Source of the DNA: a virus
Reading direction: 5' to 3' (one strand)
Length of the DNA: 64,000 nt
Virus record (IMG/VR): IMGVR_UViG_3300045988_085724
Location: 1-64,000 of that record
Shown: positions 47,535-57,314 of the stretch, piece after piece
Layout: the number at the start of each line of letters is the position of its first letter
Position numbering within the stretch: position 1 is the first letter of the stretch
Program-made: the position numbers and the translations under genes
The notes under the pieces: model-generated
The model's input: the letters and a program-made list of their open reading frames with translations, nothing else
Told to the model about the DNA's origin: nothing
Databases searched by the model: none

Positions 47535-48233
47535 TCACTCTTGAGTATTCACTTCATTAGAAATAGTCTGATAGCGTTGCTGCATAGGTATCTAGCTTTC
47601 TATGTACATCTATGCTGCCATCTTGATTATCTCTGGCATTATTACATCTGGAAAATCGGAATACTCTTCTTTTGGATTATCCAGACTTATTTTATTTGGA
47701 TTTCTAAGATAACCTAATGTGTATTTAGTTATCTTATATTTCTTATCAGTTAAGAGATCGCATCCATTTTGTGTCTTAATACGCAATGGCCTAGCTTTAT
47801 AATGACGATAATGGAAGTCAGTAAGTGTATTATTTACACGATACATAAAGCTATCTGCAGTACATTCAAATACTGACGTATCGAGTTCATGTCCATCATC
47901 AATCGAATCTATAACTACATCCTCATTTAGTACAAACATCATATTTTCAGGATAAGTTACTGTATACTTATTATACGTAGCGCGACTTTCATCCACACTA
48001 CTTAAATCTAAATTGCTTGATACAAATAGGTTTATTAAATCTTTAGTACGTTTCTCATTCTACTCATATGATGTGAAATGTGGTGCATTGCCATTAAATC
48101 TAGTTTTACAGAATTTATAAACAGCCTGATTTAACCAATACAAAGAATCGTCAGTAGCAGGCTTATTGAGAGTATCATCTATTTGGTTTATCTCTCGCTC
48201 AAATGCGGCTAATATCTATATATTTGTCATCAT
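47535..48233 (-). CDS. Head-completion / connector-like protein, 232 aa, 4 in-frame TAG
   Basis: ATGATG at 48233 overlaps the upstream TGA. TAG is at codon 6. The gene ends with TGA at 47535. Confidence 0.55.
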
Positions 48234-48976
48234 TCATCCTCCTATTCATCTTGTTGGTTATTCTATTGATTAGATTGTCTCTAAGGCTATTTAGAAGCTG
48301 TCTAAGGCTATGAAGCACCTCCGCGCTTATAGTTTATAAATAACTAAACAGCGCCGCTTACAAGCTCATTAAAACACTCGTACGGAAGTTCACAAGCAAC
48401 GCCATCGCCAAGTATAGTAAAGTTTGCCGGTATCTTGATATACCTAATGTCTATAGCTATTATTTTAGTATATTCATCTGTAATTACTTCAAACGTAGTT
48501 CCTTTTCCAGCATTCTTCATAACTAGTAATGGTCTACGAAGTATTTTACCTTTATTATAAGGATCTCGCATTATTTGGTTATATTGCTGTGAATTTATAT
48601 AATCATTGCCAACCCAAACCTAAGTTTGCGAATCTTCTTCGTCATATGGTTTTGCATAAGAACCTTCTATTAAAGAAGTAGAATCAATATACATATTGAA
48701 ATCATCCAACTTAAACAGATTATATTCATCCGGGACACATTCTCCCCAAACAATAAGTGTTTTGAGATAATCATCAATACGATTAGAAGCATTTGAATTA
48801 GGCTAAACGCGATCTTTTGTTATATATAACTCTTTAACGAACTGATTTTGATATTCATTTAAGAATGCATAAATATCTTCAGTATCAATCTTATCAACTG
48901 TTTTAGTTGACGGAAGTATAGTTTGAATTCTACGTTCAAATTCTATCCCCAATTGTCTTGTCTATTCTAATGTCAT
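48230..48976 (-). CDS. Head-completion-like protein, 248 aa, 10 in-frame TAG including a TAG-rich Gln-rich C-terminal tail
   Basis: The ATG at 48976 overlaps the upstream TGA (ATGA). TAG is at codon 5. The last ~36 codons read ...V-TAG-LFINYKRGGAS-TAG-P-TAG-TASK-TAG-P-TAG-RQSNQ-TAG-NNQQDE-TAG-EDE-TGA. Confidence 0.6.
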
Positions 48977-49758
48977 GCCTCTAATGATTTAGTTTGTACT
49001 ACTGTTGCTAATCTAGGATCTTGTACATTTCTACAAGCAAATATTACAGCAAGATTAATAAGCTCTTCACACACAGTATTTGATAATGGGAACTTCTCAG
49101 TGTTTGTTTTCTATTGTGCAAAACTGGTCGGCATCATAATTCCACGTATGTGCAATGAGCTATTAGTTATTTTACCTTTACTACTATCTATAAGTATGTG
49201 TATACACGTACCTTCTTTTGAAGTAGTATTTTCACTATTTTCTTTTGAAGTAGTATTTTCGCGCTATACATACATTATAGGTTCTTTTATCCAAGGTTTA
49301 TTGTGAACAGTTTCCTTAAATTTATCCGCTATTACACTTGTTAATAACTAAACCGTTTCTTCATATTTATTTGTATCTTTTGAGCCTTCCGCTTTGCCGG
49401 TTTCTTTCTGTTTATCTGTATATGTTATCTTACCACCTAATATATAAACAGGCGGTGTAACACCGTTATCATATACATATACAAACTCATTGCTTGCAAT
49501 ACTTGGATCTGTAGTATTTGTAGATTGGGTGAGAGTCCATATATCTATTAATGGAGCTATATCTGACATAGCTTTAGAATCCATATCTAACGCTACTTTA
49601 CGAGGATTATTTCCTGTTACTTTTTGAGCTATTAAAGCATACATTGCTTTATCTAAGATAACTGCAATCTCTTCTTTTGTAAGTGAAGGATATGACGAAG
49701 ATACATCAGCCTTGTCATATTCAATCAAAAAATTTTTGTATATATCATTATACGTCAT
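48973..49758 (-). CDS. Head-tail joining-like protein, 261 aa, 3 in-frame TAG, with an in-frame 27-nt tandem duplication
   Basis: ATG 49758, TGA 48973. The sequence ENTTSKENS is repeated, encoded by the direct repeat at 49214-49260. Confidence 0.55.
49214..49260 (-). repeat. Tandem direct repeat, 27-nt period (20-nt perfect core, two copies)
   Basis: TCTTTTGAAGTAGTATTTTC occurs at 49214-49233 and again at 49241-49260. The period is in frame (9 codons). Confidence 0.85.
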
Positions 49759-49773
49759 ATCTCATTCTAAATA

Positions 49774-50526
49774 TTACTTATTCTTAGTTTCGTTTATGAT
49801 TGCAAGCTTAAGGTCTTGGTTCTTTTTGTTATCCAAATATGCGATTGCATCATTGAGTGAATCGGCAATCATCTCAGTACCATAATAGTACTATGTACGC
49901 TGCTTACGGATAACACCTTTAGCGATAGCTTCCTCAAGTATAAACTGAGTATCCTTAGACTTATTGTTTACCCACAAATCAAAAAATTTCTTAGGCTGCT
50001 TATCTACAAGATTAAATAATGTAGACTCAACAAGCTCATTAGACATACGCTCACCGTTAATACCAAACAGACGCAGACACTTACGCATCTGATCAAGAGT
50101 AAGCTTACCGAACTCGATAATAGCCTCTCTACGCTGCTTGTTAATCTTATTAGCTTCAATAGCTTCAGCCTGACGATTAATCAGAAGATAATCCTTACCT
50201 TCAGTAAATTTGTCAAGTGATGTAGCTACACGCTTATGTCCACTAAGGAATTTAATTGCCAAAGCCTAACTAGGAATTGAATCATCAAGTATAAGTGTGC
50301 GAGCACCTATTTTTACAGCATAATTAATCCAGAAATCGCTAGAACGTGAAAGTCTACCTTTTTCATAACCTAAAGCTTTTTCAAAATATTCTTCATCTTC
50401 TGGCGTAAGACCAGTATATCTCATCCCAGAACGAGTCCAATACGGACTAATATAATCAACGCATCCTTTATATTTAAGAAGACCTGCCCAGGGGTTTTTC
50501 TTTTTAATCTTTAATTCAACTACCAT
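49774..50526 (-). CDS. Hypothetical capsid-module protein, 250 aa, 2 in-frame TAG
   Basis: Track ORFs 50266-50526 and 49891-50262, plus a 39-codon tail, join in one frame across TAG. TAA is at 49774. Confidence 0.6.
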
Positions 50527-50558
50527 AATTTTAAATTAGTATGTTGTAATGTCGTACA

Positions 50559-50576
50559 CCGGGGAACACTCCCCGG
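50559..50576 (-). terminator. GC-rich hairpin downstream of the MCP gene (attenuator or terminator candidate)
   Basis: CCGGGGA-ACAC-TCCCCGG forms a 7-bp GC-rich stem. There is no clear T-tract on the minus strand. Confidence 0.35.
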
Positions 50577-50607
50577 CTCGAACATTATTTATATTTATTG
50601 TTTAATA

Positions 50608-52119
50608 TTAAGCACCAACTGTAGTCATGCCATTATTAGTATGCTCAGCGTCATCTGCATCGCAGTACATAATACCACAAGACAGCGGATTACGGAGCAT
50701 AATACCCTCCTCACCGAGGAAGTGTACCTGATAACCATCACGGCTGTTAGAACGTACAGTATTGATGTTGTTAGCGTATCCAGCAGGAGTTACTGAACCA
50801 GCAGTACACCACTGAACAAATTCACGACCCTTGCGGCAAACCTTAACAATGTTAGCCTGGCCATCACGCTGACCAAGATCAATGAACAAGAATGTGTATG
50901 ACATCAAAGGTTTACCTGACAGAGGATGAAGCTTACGGAACATTTCCATGTTATCAAACATAGCGCAACGCTTTACAGTAAGTTCAATACCATTAGTCAT
51001 CTTATAAGTTGTAAACTGTCCGCCAAGAGTAAGCTCCTGACCAGAACCAGTAATGAAGTGTGTATCAATCATCTGGAAGCTAGCTACCTTATCTTTCATG
51101 ATACGGTCGAATTCACGGATACCCATTTCTCCTGTCAAAGCCATAAATTTACGCTCATTAGTACCAAGCAGATTATAGCACAGATCGAAAAGGAATTCCT
51201 CGAACAACTCACATGTCAGAGTTGTATAGTAACGTATGTTAGCGGGCGAAATCTGCTCGAACAGACCTGCTGAAATAGCTACAGGACGTCCGTTTGAACC
51301 TTTAAGGTTGTATGTACCATCAGCATTACGGTTAGACTTAGAGAACAGAAGAGCCTTCTCTTCACGTTTCTTCCACTCACGAAGAGCCTTCCAGTACTGA
51401 TAATCTGACCACAAATAAGACTTCTTACCAGTCTCAGGATCAGTCAGAGCAATAGCAAGTACTGTAGAATAAGCATCACCAGTAATATCATAAGTAAGAC
51501 GCAGAGTCATAAGATTATTGCGCATCTTAAACGGCGTCTGATAGTTGATGATATCAGCCTCATCACTGTACTCTTCGTAAGCTGAACCTACGCGGTCTAC
51601 CTGACGACCTGGTAGCAGATATATACCAGGAATATAAGAGTTAGCAAAACCCTCAGCTACATAGCACTCGTATACCCAAGCGTTACCATCCTGATAAGGC
51701 ATACCCTTTACGCGTACCTGGAAGTTGATGTCATCGAATGCGAGGATTGCACCAGGACCGTACCATTTCTCTTCGAGAGCGATATAGATAGGAGTACCAT
51801 TAAGACCAGCTGCGGTATTTTCATTTACATCTACACCGTCACACTTAGCCCACATAATATTAACTGCGTGGTCACCATCAATCATCACAGACCACTCATA
51901 CTCACGATTATCAATAATCATAGTCTTGCCGAGACCACCGGTAATCATGTCAATGGCAGTAGATACGCCATCATCCTTTGTACCAAATACAAGTGAAAGC
52001 AGACCTGAAACCTGATGAGGATTTGTCAGCAAAGCGTTAGAAATCATATTCTCGTCTACCAGATCAGAAAAACGCTTACCGCGATAGAGCTGGAGACCAT
52101 TAAGCAAATTGTTATTCAT
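50608..52119 (-). CDS. Major capsid protein (HK97-fold, crAss-like), 503 aa, no TAG
   Basis: Uninterrupted ORF of the size expected for crAss-like MCPs. It lies directly downstream of an acidic scaffold-like gene. Codon usage looks like that of a highly expressed gene. Assignment rests on size and synteny. Confidence 0.7.
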   Translation of the reverse strand: MNNNLLNGLQLYRGKRFSDLVDENMISNALLTNPHQVSGLLSLVFGTKDDGVSTAIDMITGGLGKTMIIDNREYEWSVMIDGDHAVNIMWAKCDGVDVNENTAAGLNGTPIYIALEEKWYGPGAILAFDDINFQVRVKGMPYQDGNAWVYECYVAEGFANSYIPGIYLLPGRQVDRVGSAYEEYSDEADIINYQTPFKMRNNLMTLRLTYDITGDAYSTVLAIALTDPETGKKSYLWSDYQYWKALREWKKREEKALLFSKSNRNADGTYNLKGSNGRPVAISAGLFEQISPANIRYYTTLTCELFEEFLFDLCYNLLGTNERKFMALTGEMGIREFDRIMKDKVASFQMIDTHFITGSGQELTLGGQFTTYKMTNGIELTVKRCAMFDNMEMFRKLHPLSGKPLMSYTFLFIDLGQRDGQANIVKVCRKGREFVQWCTAGSVTPAGYANNINTVRSNSRDGYQVHFLGEEGIMLRNPLSCGIMYCDADDAEHTNNGMTTVGA

Positions 52120-52149
52120 ATAATATATTAATTGATTTTAAATTTATTG

Positions 52150-53328
52150 TCAAAAGAATCTTGACGCAAGATCTACGACTGATTTAGGTTTATCTTCGAC
52201 ATTATAGGCTGTATGATTTTTAGCCTGATGTCTTAACATTTTTCTAAGTTTTTCTGTAGCGGATGACTCTCCGTCACGTTTAGCAGTAGACACGAACGAA
52301 TCTCCCTTCATTGTAATATATGCAGTAGTAAGAAGATTATTGATAAAGTTATCCTTGTTGTTATAATCTCTTTGGAACTTTGATATTCCGTTTTGATCAA
52401 CATTAAAGATATAATCAGCAAGTTTAGCTCTATCTTCTTTTGGTATCTGTACACCTCTAATGCTTGAAAGTGACTTGATTTGATTCATGCAGTCATTATA
52501 GAACTGTTTAGATTGCTCTTCTTGTTGCTGCAAATATGCGGCCTGTTGCTGTTGAGCCATTTCAAGCTCATGCTGTTTAATCTATTTGAGCCTATCGAGA
52601 GCATCAGCAGATTCCTCTTCAAGCATATCGGCGTCTTCGTAACGTGATATTTTGTTTTTTATTTGATCATCTGTATATCCACTATAGCGTAGAAGTTCGC
52701 TTACAACAGCTTTCTGGTTATCTTCATCTTCCATATCCATATTATCGTATGAAATAGACTGCTGTTGTTTACCATAAAAGTCTTCAAACTTACCGCCATT
52801 TTTAACATATTCATCGAGCTACTATATTCGCTCATCTGCGTATTGAGGTACAGAGTTTTGCTGTACAACTTCACGCATGTAATTTGTCAAATCATCTACT
52901 GTTAAAGGACGATCTTCTTCTTTTATATCATCCATGTTCCAACCAAATGATTCGCCAATTGCGTCAAACAAGAGACCTACTTGTTGTGCTTCATGTACAT
53001 CTGCATCAGATGGTTCTTGCACATCTTCAGTATTATCTACTGTAGCATTAGCAGGTTCCTGAACTGGTTCTTCTTTTGGTTTTCCGTCCATTCTATCAAG
53101 GACGTCCTGTGGAATCTCACTATCATCGTCATTAATATTAGACGGATTAGTGTCATCCGCACTATTATCCTCAGCAGGTTTATCTGCTGGTTTATCGTCA
53201 TCCTCAACGACGTTTATAAATGAATCTTGTGTATCCATATTGGTAGTTTCAGGCATGTTACCTTCATTACCATATACACTATTCAATAGATCATCAAACG
53301 GCGTTGGAGTAGTATTCTTTTTTGCCAT
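52150..53328 (-). CDS. Scaffolding-like protein, 392 aa, 2 in-frame TAG
   Basis: Strongly acidic, low-complexity N-terminal half (DDDKPADKPAEDNSADD...) and a Gln-rich, coiled-coil-like C-terminal half. It lies immediately upstream of the MCP. Three track fragments join in one frame. Ends in TGA. Confidence 0.55.
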
Positions 53329-53386
53329 AAATTATTATAATAATTTAATTTGTTATACTTATTTTATTCACTGTTCATTCAGTGTA

Positions 53387-54574
53387 TTAGTGTTTCCATT
53401 TACGAGCGTTTAGTGCAAACTATGCTCTTTTTCTTGTCAAAGGATTCTTAGAATGACTAAGTTCCTCTGTAGTCTTACCTGTACGTTTTTTAGTAGCATT
53501 AAACTTACCACGATTAGCTGGATTTATATATATTCCAGATTTACCGTGATCAAAAGAGCCATCTGGTTTCTGATCGGGATATAACATAGGTTTTAATGGT
53601 ATGTTTATGTATGGATTTAACACTGTACGTATGTCTTGTGACATTGGTACGTGTACAGTACTTATGTTATAATCAGGACTCATTGGTATTTGTATATTAT
53701 TAGACGGTACCTATTGCACAATATTACCGTTCACAACACCTGTAGGCTGAAGGCCTTTCATAAACAAATCCTGCTCATATAATCTACGCTTACGTAGGCC
53801 AGATAATTTTTTATTATTCATACCTACATTTATGGTATCTCTAATGGCAGACAAATCGTCATATTTCATTCCATTTGCAGCCCATTGTCGTATTGCGTTC
53901 AATGTTGGATTAAAACTAGATGGCTTTATATTATAGTAATATGAAGTAAGCGCATCGCGCTGATTTTGTGTCAATGCGTCCCACGCATCATTTCCTATAA
54001 TATTTCCCAATCTTTTGTAGAACGTTCCTACTGCATCACCTCCCCATCTACGATTCTACCCGGCAAAATGCGAACCTTCAGCACTAGCTATATATTTACG
54101 AATAGATCGTGATGGACCGCCTTTTCCAGTATAATATTCAGGCAAGTTTATCTTTACTGGATGGTCTTCTGCATGATCTAAATAATCTCTAGTTCTGTTA
54201 TAATTCCAGTAGTTAGCTAACTAAGACATACTAGGTGTATATTCAGTACCAGCTTCGTTCCAGCTACCACCAACTATTCCATACGGATTATAATCACTTA
54301 CTTTTCCGCTATATATAGACTAATTAGAAAAAGTAGGATGATACATAGTTTTTGCATAATCGTCAAAATGTGCAAATGCAGGAGCATATAACATAGCATT
54401 GGCCATAAAAGGACGTCCTTCATAAAACTCATTATAGTTATACGTAGGATCGTTCAACATCTCTGTATATACTTCATCTGTAGACAAGGGCTTCATTGGA
54501 GCTTGTGTCCATTCTTGTGCTTTCTTATCAGCTATCTAATCTAGCCAAGTATAAAAATCATTTTTCTTTTTCAT
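53387..54574 (-). CDS. Virion protein with a lysozyme-like (GH24-type) domain, 395 aa, 6 in-frame TAG
   Basis: IRKYIASAEGS... is followed by LTQNQRDALTSYYYNIKPSSF...GLRKRRLYEQDLF. This resembles the LTQNQFDALVSxxFN...GLxxRRxxE motifs of lambda/P22-type lysozymes. ATG 54574, TAA 53387. Confidence 0.55.
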
Positions 54575-54605
54575 ATGCAGTTTTTCATATAATTATCTAT
54601 ACGGT

Positions 54606-55886
54606 TTACAACGGCTGCAAACTTTTTGTCCTAGAGTCTACAAACTTTAATAACTAGTCATAATCTTCAGCTTGATCAAATGTAATTCCAGGTTGAACAT
54701 ACCCAGTTCTCTAAGTATTAAAATCTCGCCTACGCCAAAAAGGACCGTTTTTCTCCCAGTAATTAAATTCAGATGCTGGTGCACTTGCATGTTTAGGACT
54801 TCCATTTTCTATCAATACGACTGGAGTTCCTTTATACATAGGAGCTTTTGTATCGTAGCTACCATGCATTCCTTTTGCAAATCTAGAAGCGTTTGTACCA
54901 TCTATAATATAATCGGTATTTGTTGGATCATAAAAATACTCACCTTTTACAAAACCAACAGTGCCTTCATGATTAGTAGAAGGGCGATATCCTAGGTTAA
55001 TCCCCGATTTACTCGTTCTTTCGGGCCTTCCAAACGAATTCCAATCTAAACCTAAGTCTTCTAAAGCCTATTCTAAATTTACTGGGTTCATGTTCGATAA
55101 TTCGTCTCTGGTAAAATATTTCAATAACTGTGGATGATGCTCAATAGCTTTATCTAAAGCACCATGATACCAACCTGTTCTAGATCTTATAATTCCTGTA
55201 TTAACAGCATCATCAATCATCGGAGAAGAACCTACCCTATAAAAATGTCCTGCTTGATTAGGCGGCAGTATAGTTCTATTAAAGATTGGATGTTTTGCTT
55301 GCCACTGTAAAGCAGAGTTTAAAGCGTCTCTTCCTGTATCATTGAGTATTCTATATACCTATGAATGTGGTACTTTAGATAGGACTCGCCCTGCTCCAGA
55401 AATAGGAACTTTCGATGCACCCAAATCAAACAACAAGTTAAGTTGTTTATCTCCGTAACTATCACCAAACCCAGGATTCTTTTCATCCCACATAGGTATT
55501 CCTGTGCGTAATGTACCAATCCAATTACTTGGTGTAAACGTTCTTAACACGGGCATTGCTCCAGGGATTTTACTAACCGGCTCCATTACTTTACCTACAG
55601 TATTTCCAAGTGCATATTGTATACCTTCTGTTAAAGCGTACGGATTAAATGCTGATTGATACGGATATTGTTTCTTGCCTATAACTTCTACATCAGGTGT
55701 AGTAACCTCAAGATTACGTGCATCAATTGCGCTAGGGTCTACATTAAATACACTACCGTCGTCAGTGACCACTGTGTTCTTATCTCCAGTATCATACCTA
55801 GGCAAATCAATACCTCTTATATCCCAGTAACGTTCACCATTCTTCCATCTATCATAGCGTGCTTGAAAATCTTTAATGTTTCTCAT
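54606..55886 (-). CDS. Hypothetical virion protein, 426 aa, 4 in-frame TAG
   Basis: ATG 55886, TAA 54606. The frame was codon-checked over its full length. Confidence 0.6.
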
Positions 55887-57312
55887 ATAATCGTCTGTTT
55901 AAATCTTCAGCTGCTTTGCGCAAAAAATCAGCGTCATATCCTTTTTTTGTTGCAGTTTCAGCACTTATTCCACTGGATCCAATCCCTAACTCTTTTCTTA
56001 ACTGTGCTTCAATTGGAGTCGCTCTATTATAAAACAACATATTACCACCAACAACTTTTTCTAGTGGTGTGTTTGGCACCTATGTAGCTTCTCTACTTAC
56101 AGTAATTGGTAATCCAGTCTATTCAGATTGATACATATAATCTTTATAAGTTGGCTATCCACGTTTCTACAGTAGTTTTCTTAAAGTTTCAGTATAATTT
56201 ATATCCTCATCAGAATATCCAGCTTTTCTAAAGCTCAAAGCTCTCATTATATTAGACTAGCTAGTTTGCTCAAACGTTTCCTATTCTGCATCTCTTGCGG
56301 CCTACATTTCTGCAAATCGCTTTCTTAGTTTTGGAGTACTTAGCGTTTCATATCCTGCACTTTTGGCTGCTCGTAAAAGATCAGTATTGCCACTTACAAT
56401 AGTATAATTGGACAGATTAAACGGGTCATTATTAAAACCTTGTAATATAAATGTGTCGGAAGGCTACGTACTTAAATACGCTTTTGGATCATACATAGCT
56501 GGATTTTTTACAATAACATCACTACCTGACCAATGTGCTTTTGGGTGGTCTCTGACAACTGTATCTGTAGTAGTATTCTACCATGGAAATCTTACCATCC
56601 TACCATTTTCATATGTCGGCATGTTATATATATCTATTCCTTTTTTCTCAGCTCTAAATAATTCTGGCATCCTAGGTTTGGTTGGCAAATGAAGTCTTCT
56701 TCCAAAAGTTCCTAAGACTCTATCAGATAATGAATTTCCGTAATAACCAAGAGATCCTCTAAATGTTGTATAAGGATCAAATAGCCCAGGCATAGAATTT
56801 TGTAAAAACTCAGTACCAGCTCCAATGCCATCTTTTAACATAAAAGGACTAGCTACATCAAAAATAACATTAGCAGTCATATTATTAAAGCCAGTTCCTC
56901 CAACAAGATTATCTCCAAAAGTACCATCACCTGTTAAACTTCTTGCAGCAGCTCCAACATATGTAGACGGACTAATTAATTTACCAATTGCAGAAACTCC
57001 CTCTGCAGCATTCTAATAATTCTGCTATTCGTGTATTCGTCTTTTGACATTCTATAGCGCAATATCATCCTACCTCTTCTAATAACTAGATCTATTGTCT
57101 TGCGATACAACTTCTTGTTTGCTTTTGACAATACCTGTAGGAAAACGCAATCCTTTTTTATATTTATATATAACAGTTTCTCCTTGATTTATTTTTCTAT
57201 TTACAGGTAATATTGGATGAGATATTCGTGTATTGTCTGACGTAGCAGAGTTGTTAGTATTTAATAGCGTAGATAATCTACGATATGATAATCGTTTATT
57301 TGGTTTTGTCAT
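55873..57312 (-). CDS. Hypothetical virion protein, 479 aa, 14 in-frame TAG (about 3% of codons)
   Basis: ATG at 57312 in a TAATTATG junction with the portal stop. TAA is at 55873. All gaps were hand-translated and contain TAG only. Confidence 0.6.
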
Positions 57313-57314
57313 AA

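Noticed and set aside
49214-49260. Direct repeats as a possible CRISPR or regulatory array.
   Set aside because: There are only two copies, they are in frame inside a CDS, and no spacer architecture exists. I saw no CRISPR-like array anywhere in the window.
41550-52152. TGA might also be reassigned, for example to Trp as in some crAss-like phages.
   Set aside because: TGA appears only at gene ends (41550, 44728, 47535, 48230, 48973, 52150). Four of these are coupled ATGA start-stop overlaps. None lies inside a conserved frame.
53975-54080. An apparent -1 frameshift splitting the lysozyme-like domain.
   Set aside because: This was my own transcription slip at a line boundary, where I dropped one base. 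Re-reading the sequence gives ...CAT TTT GCC GGG TAG AAT CGT..., a continuous frame with a sense TAG.
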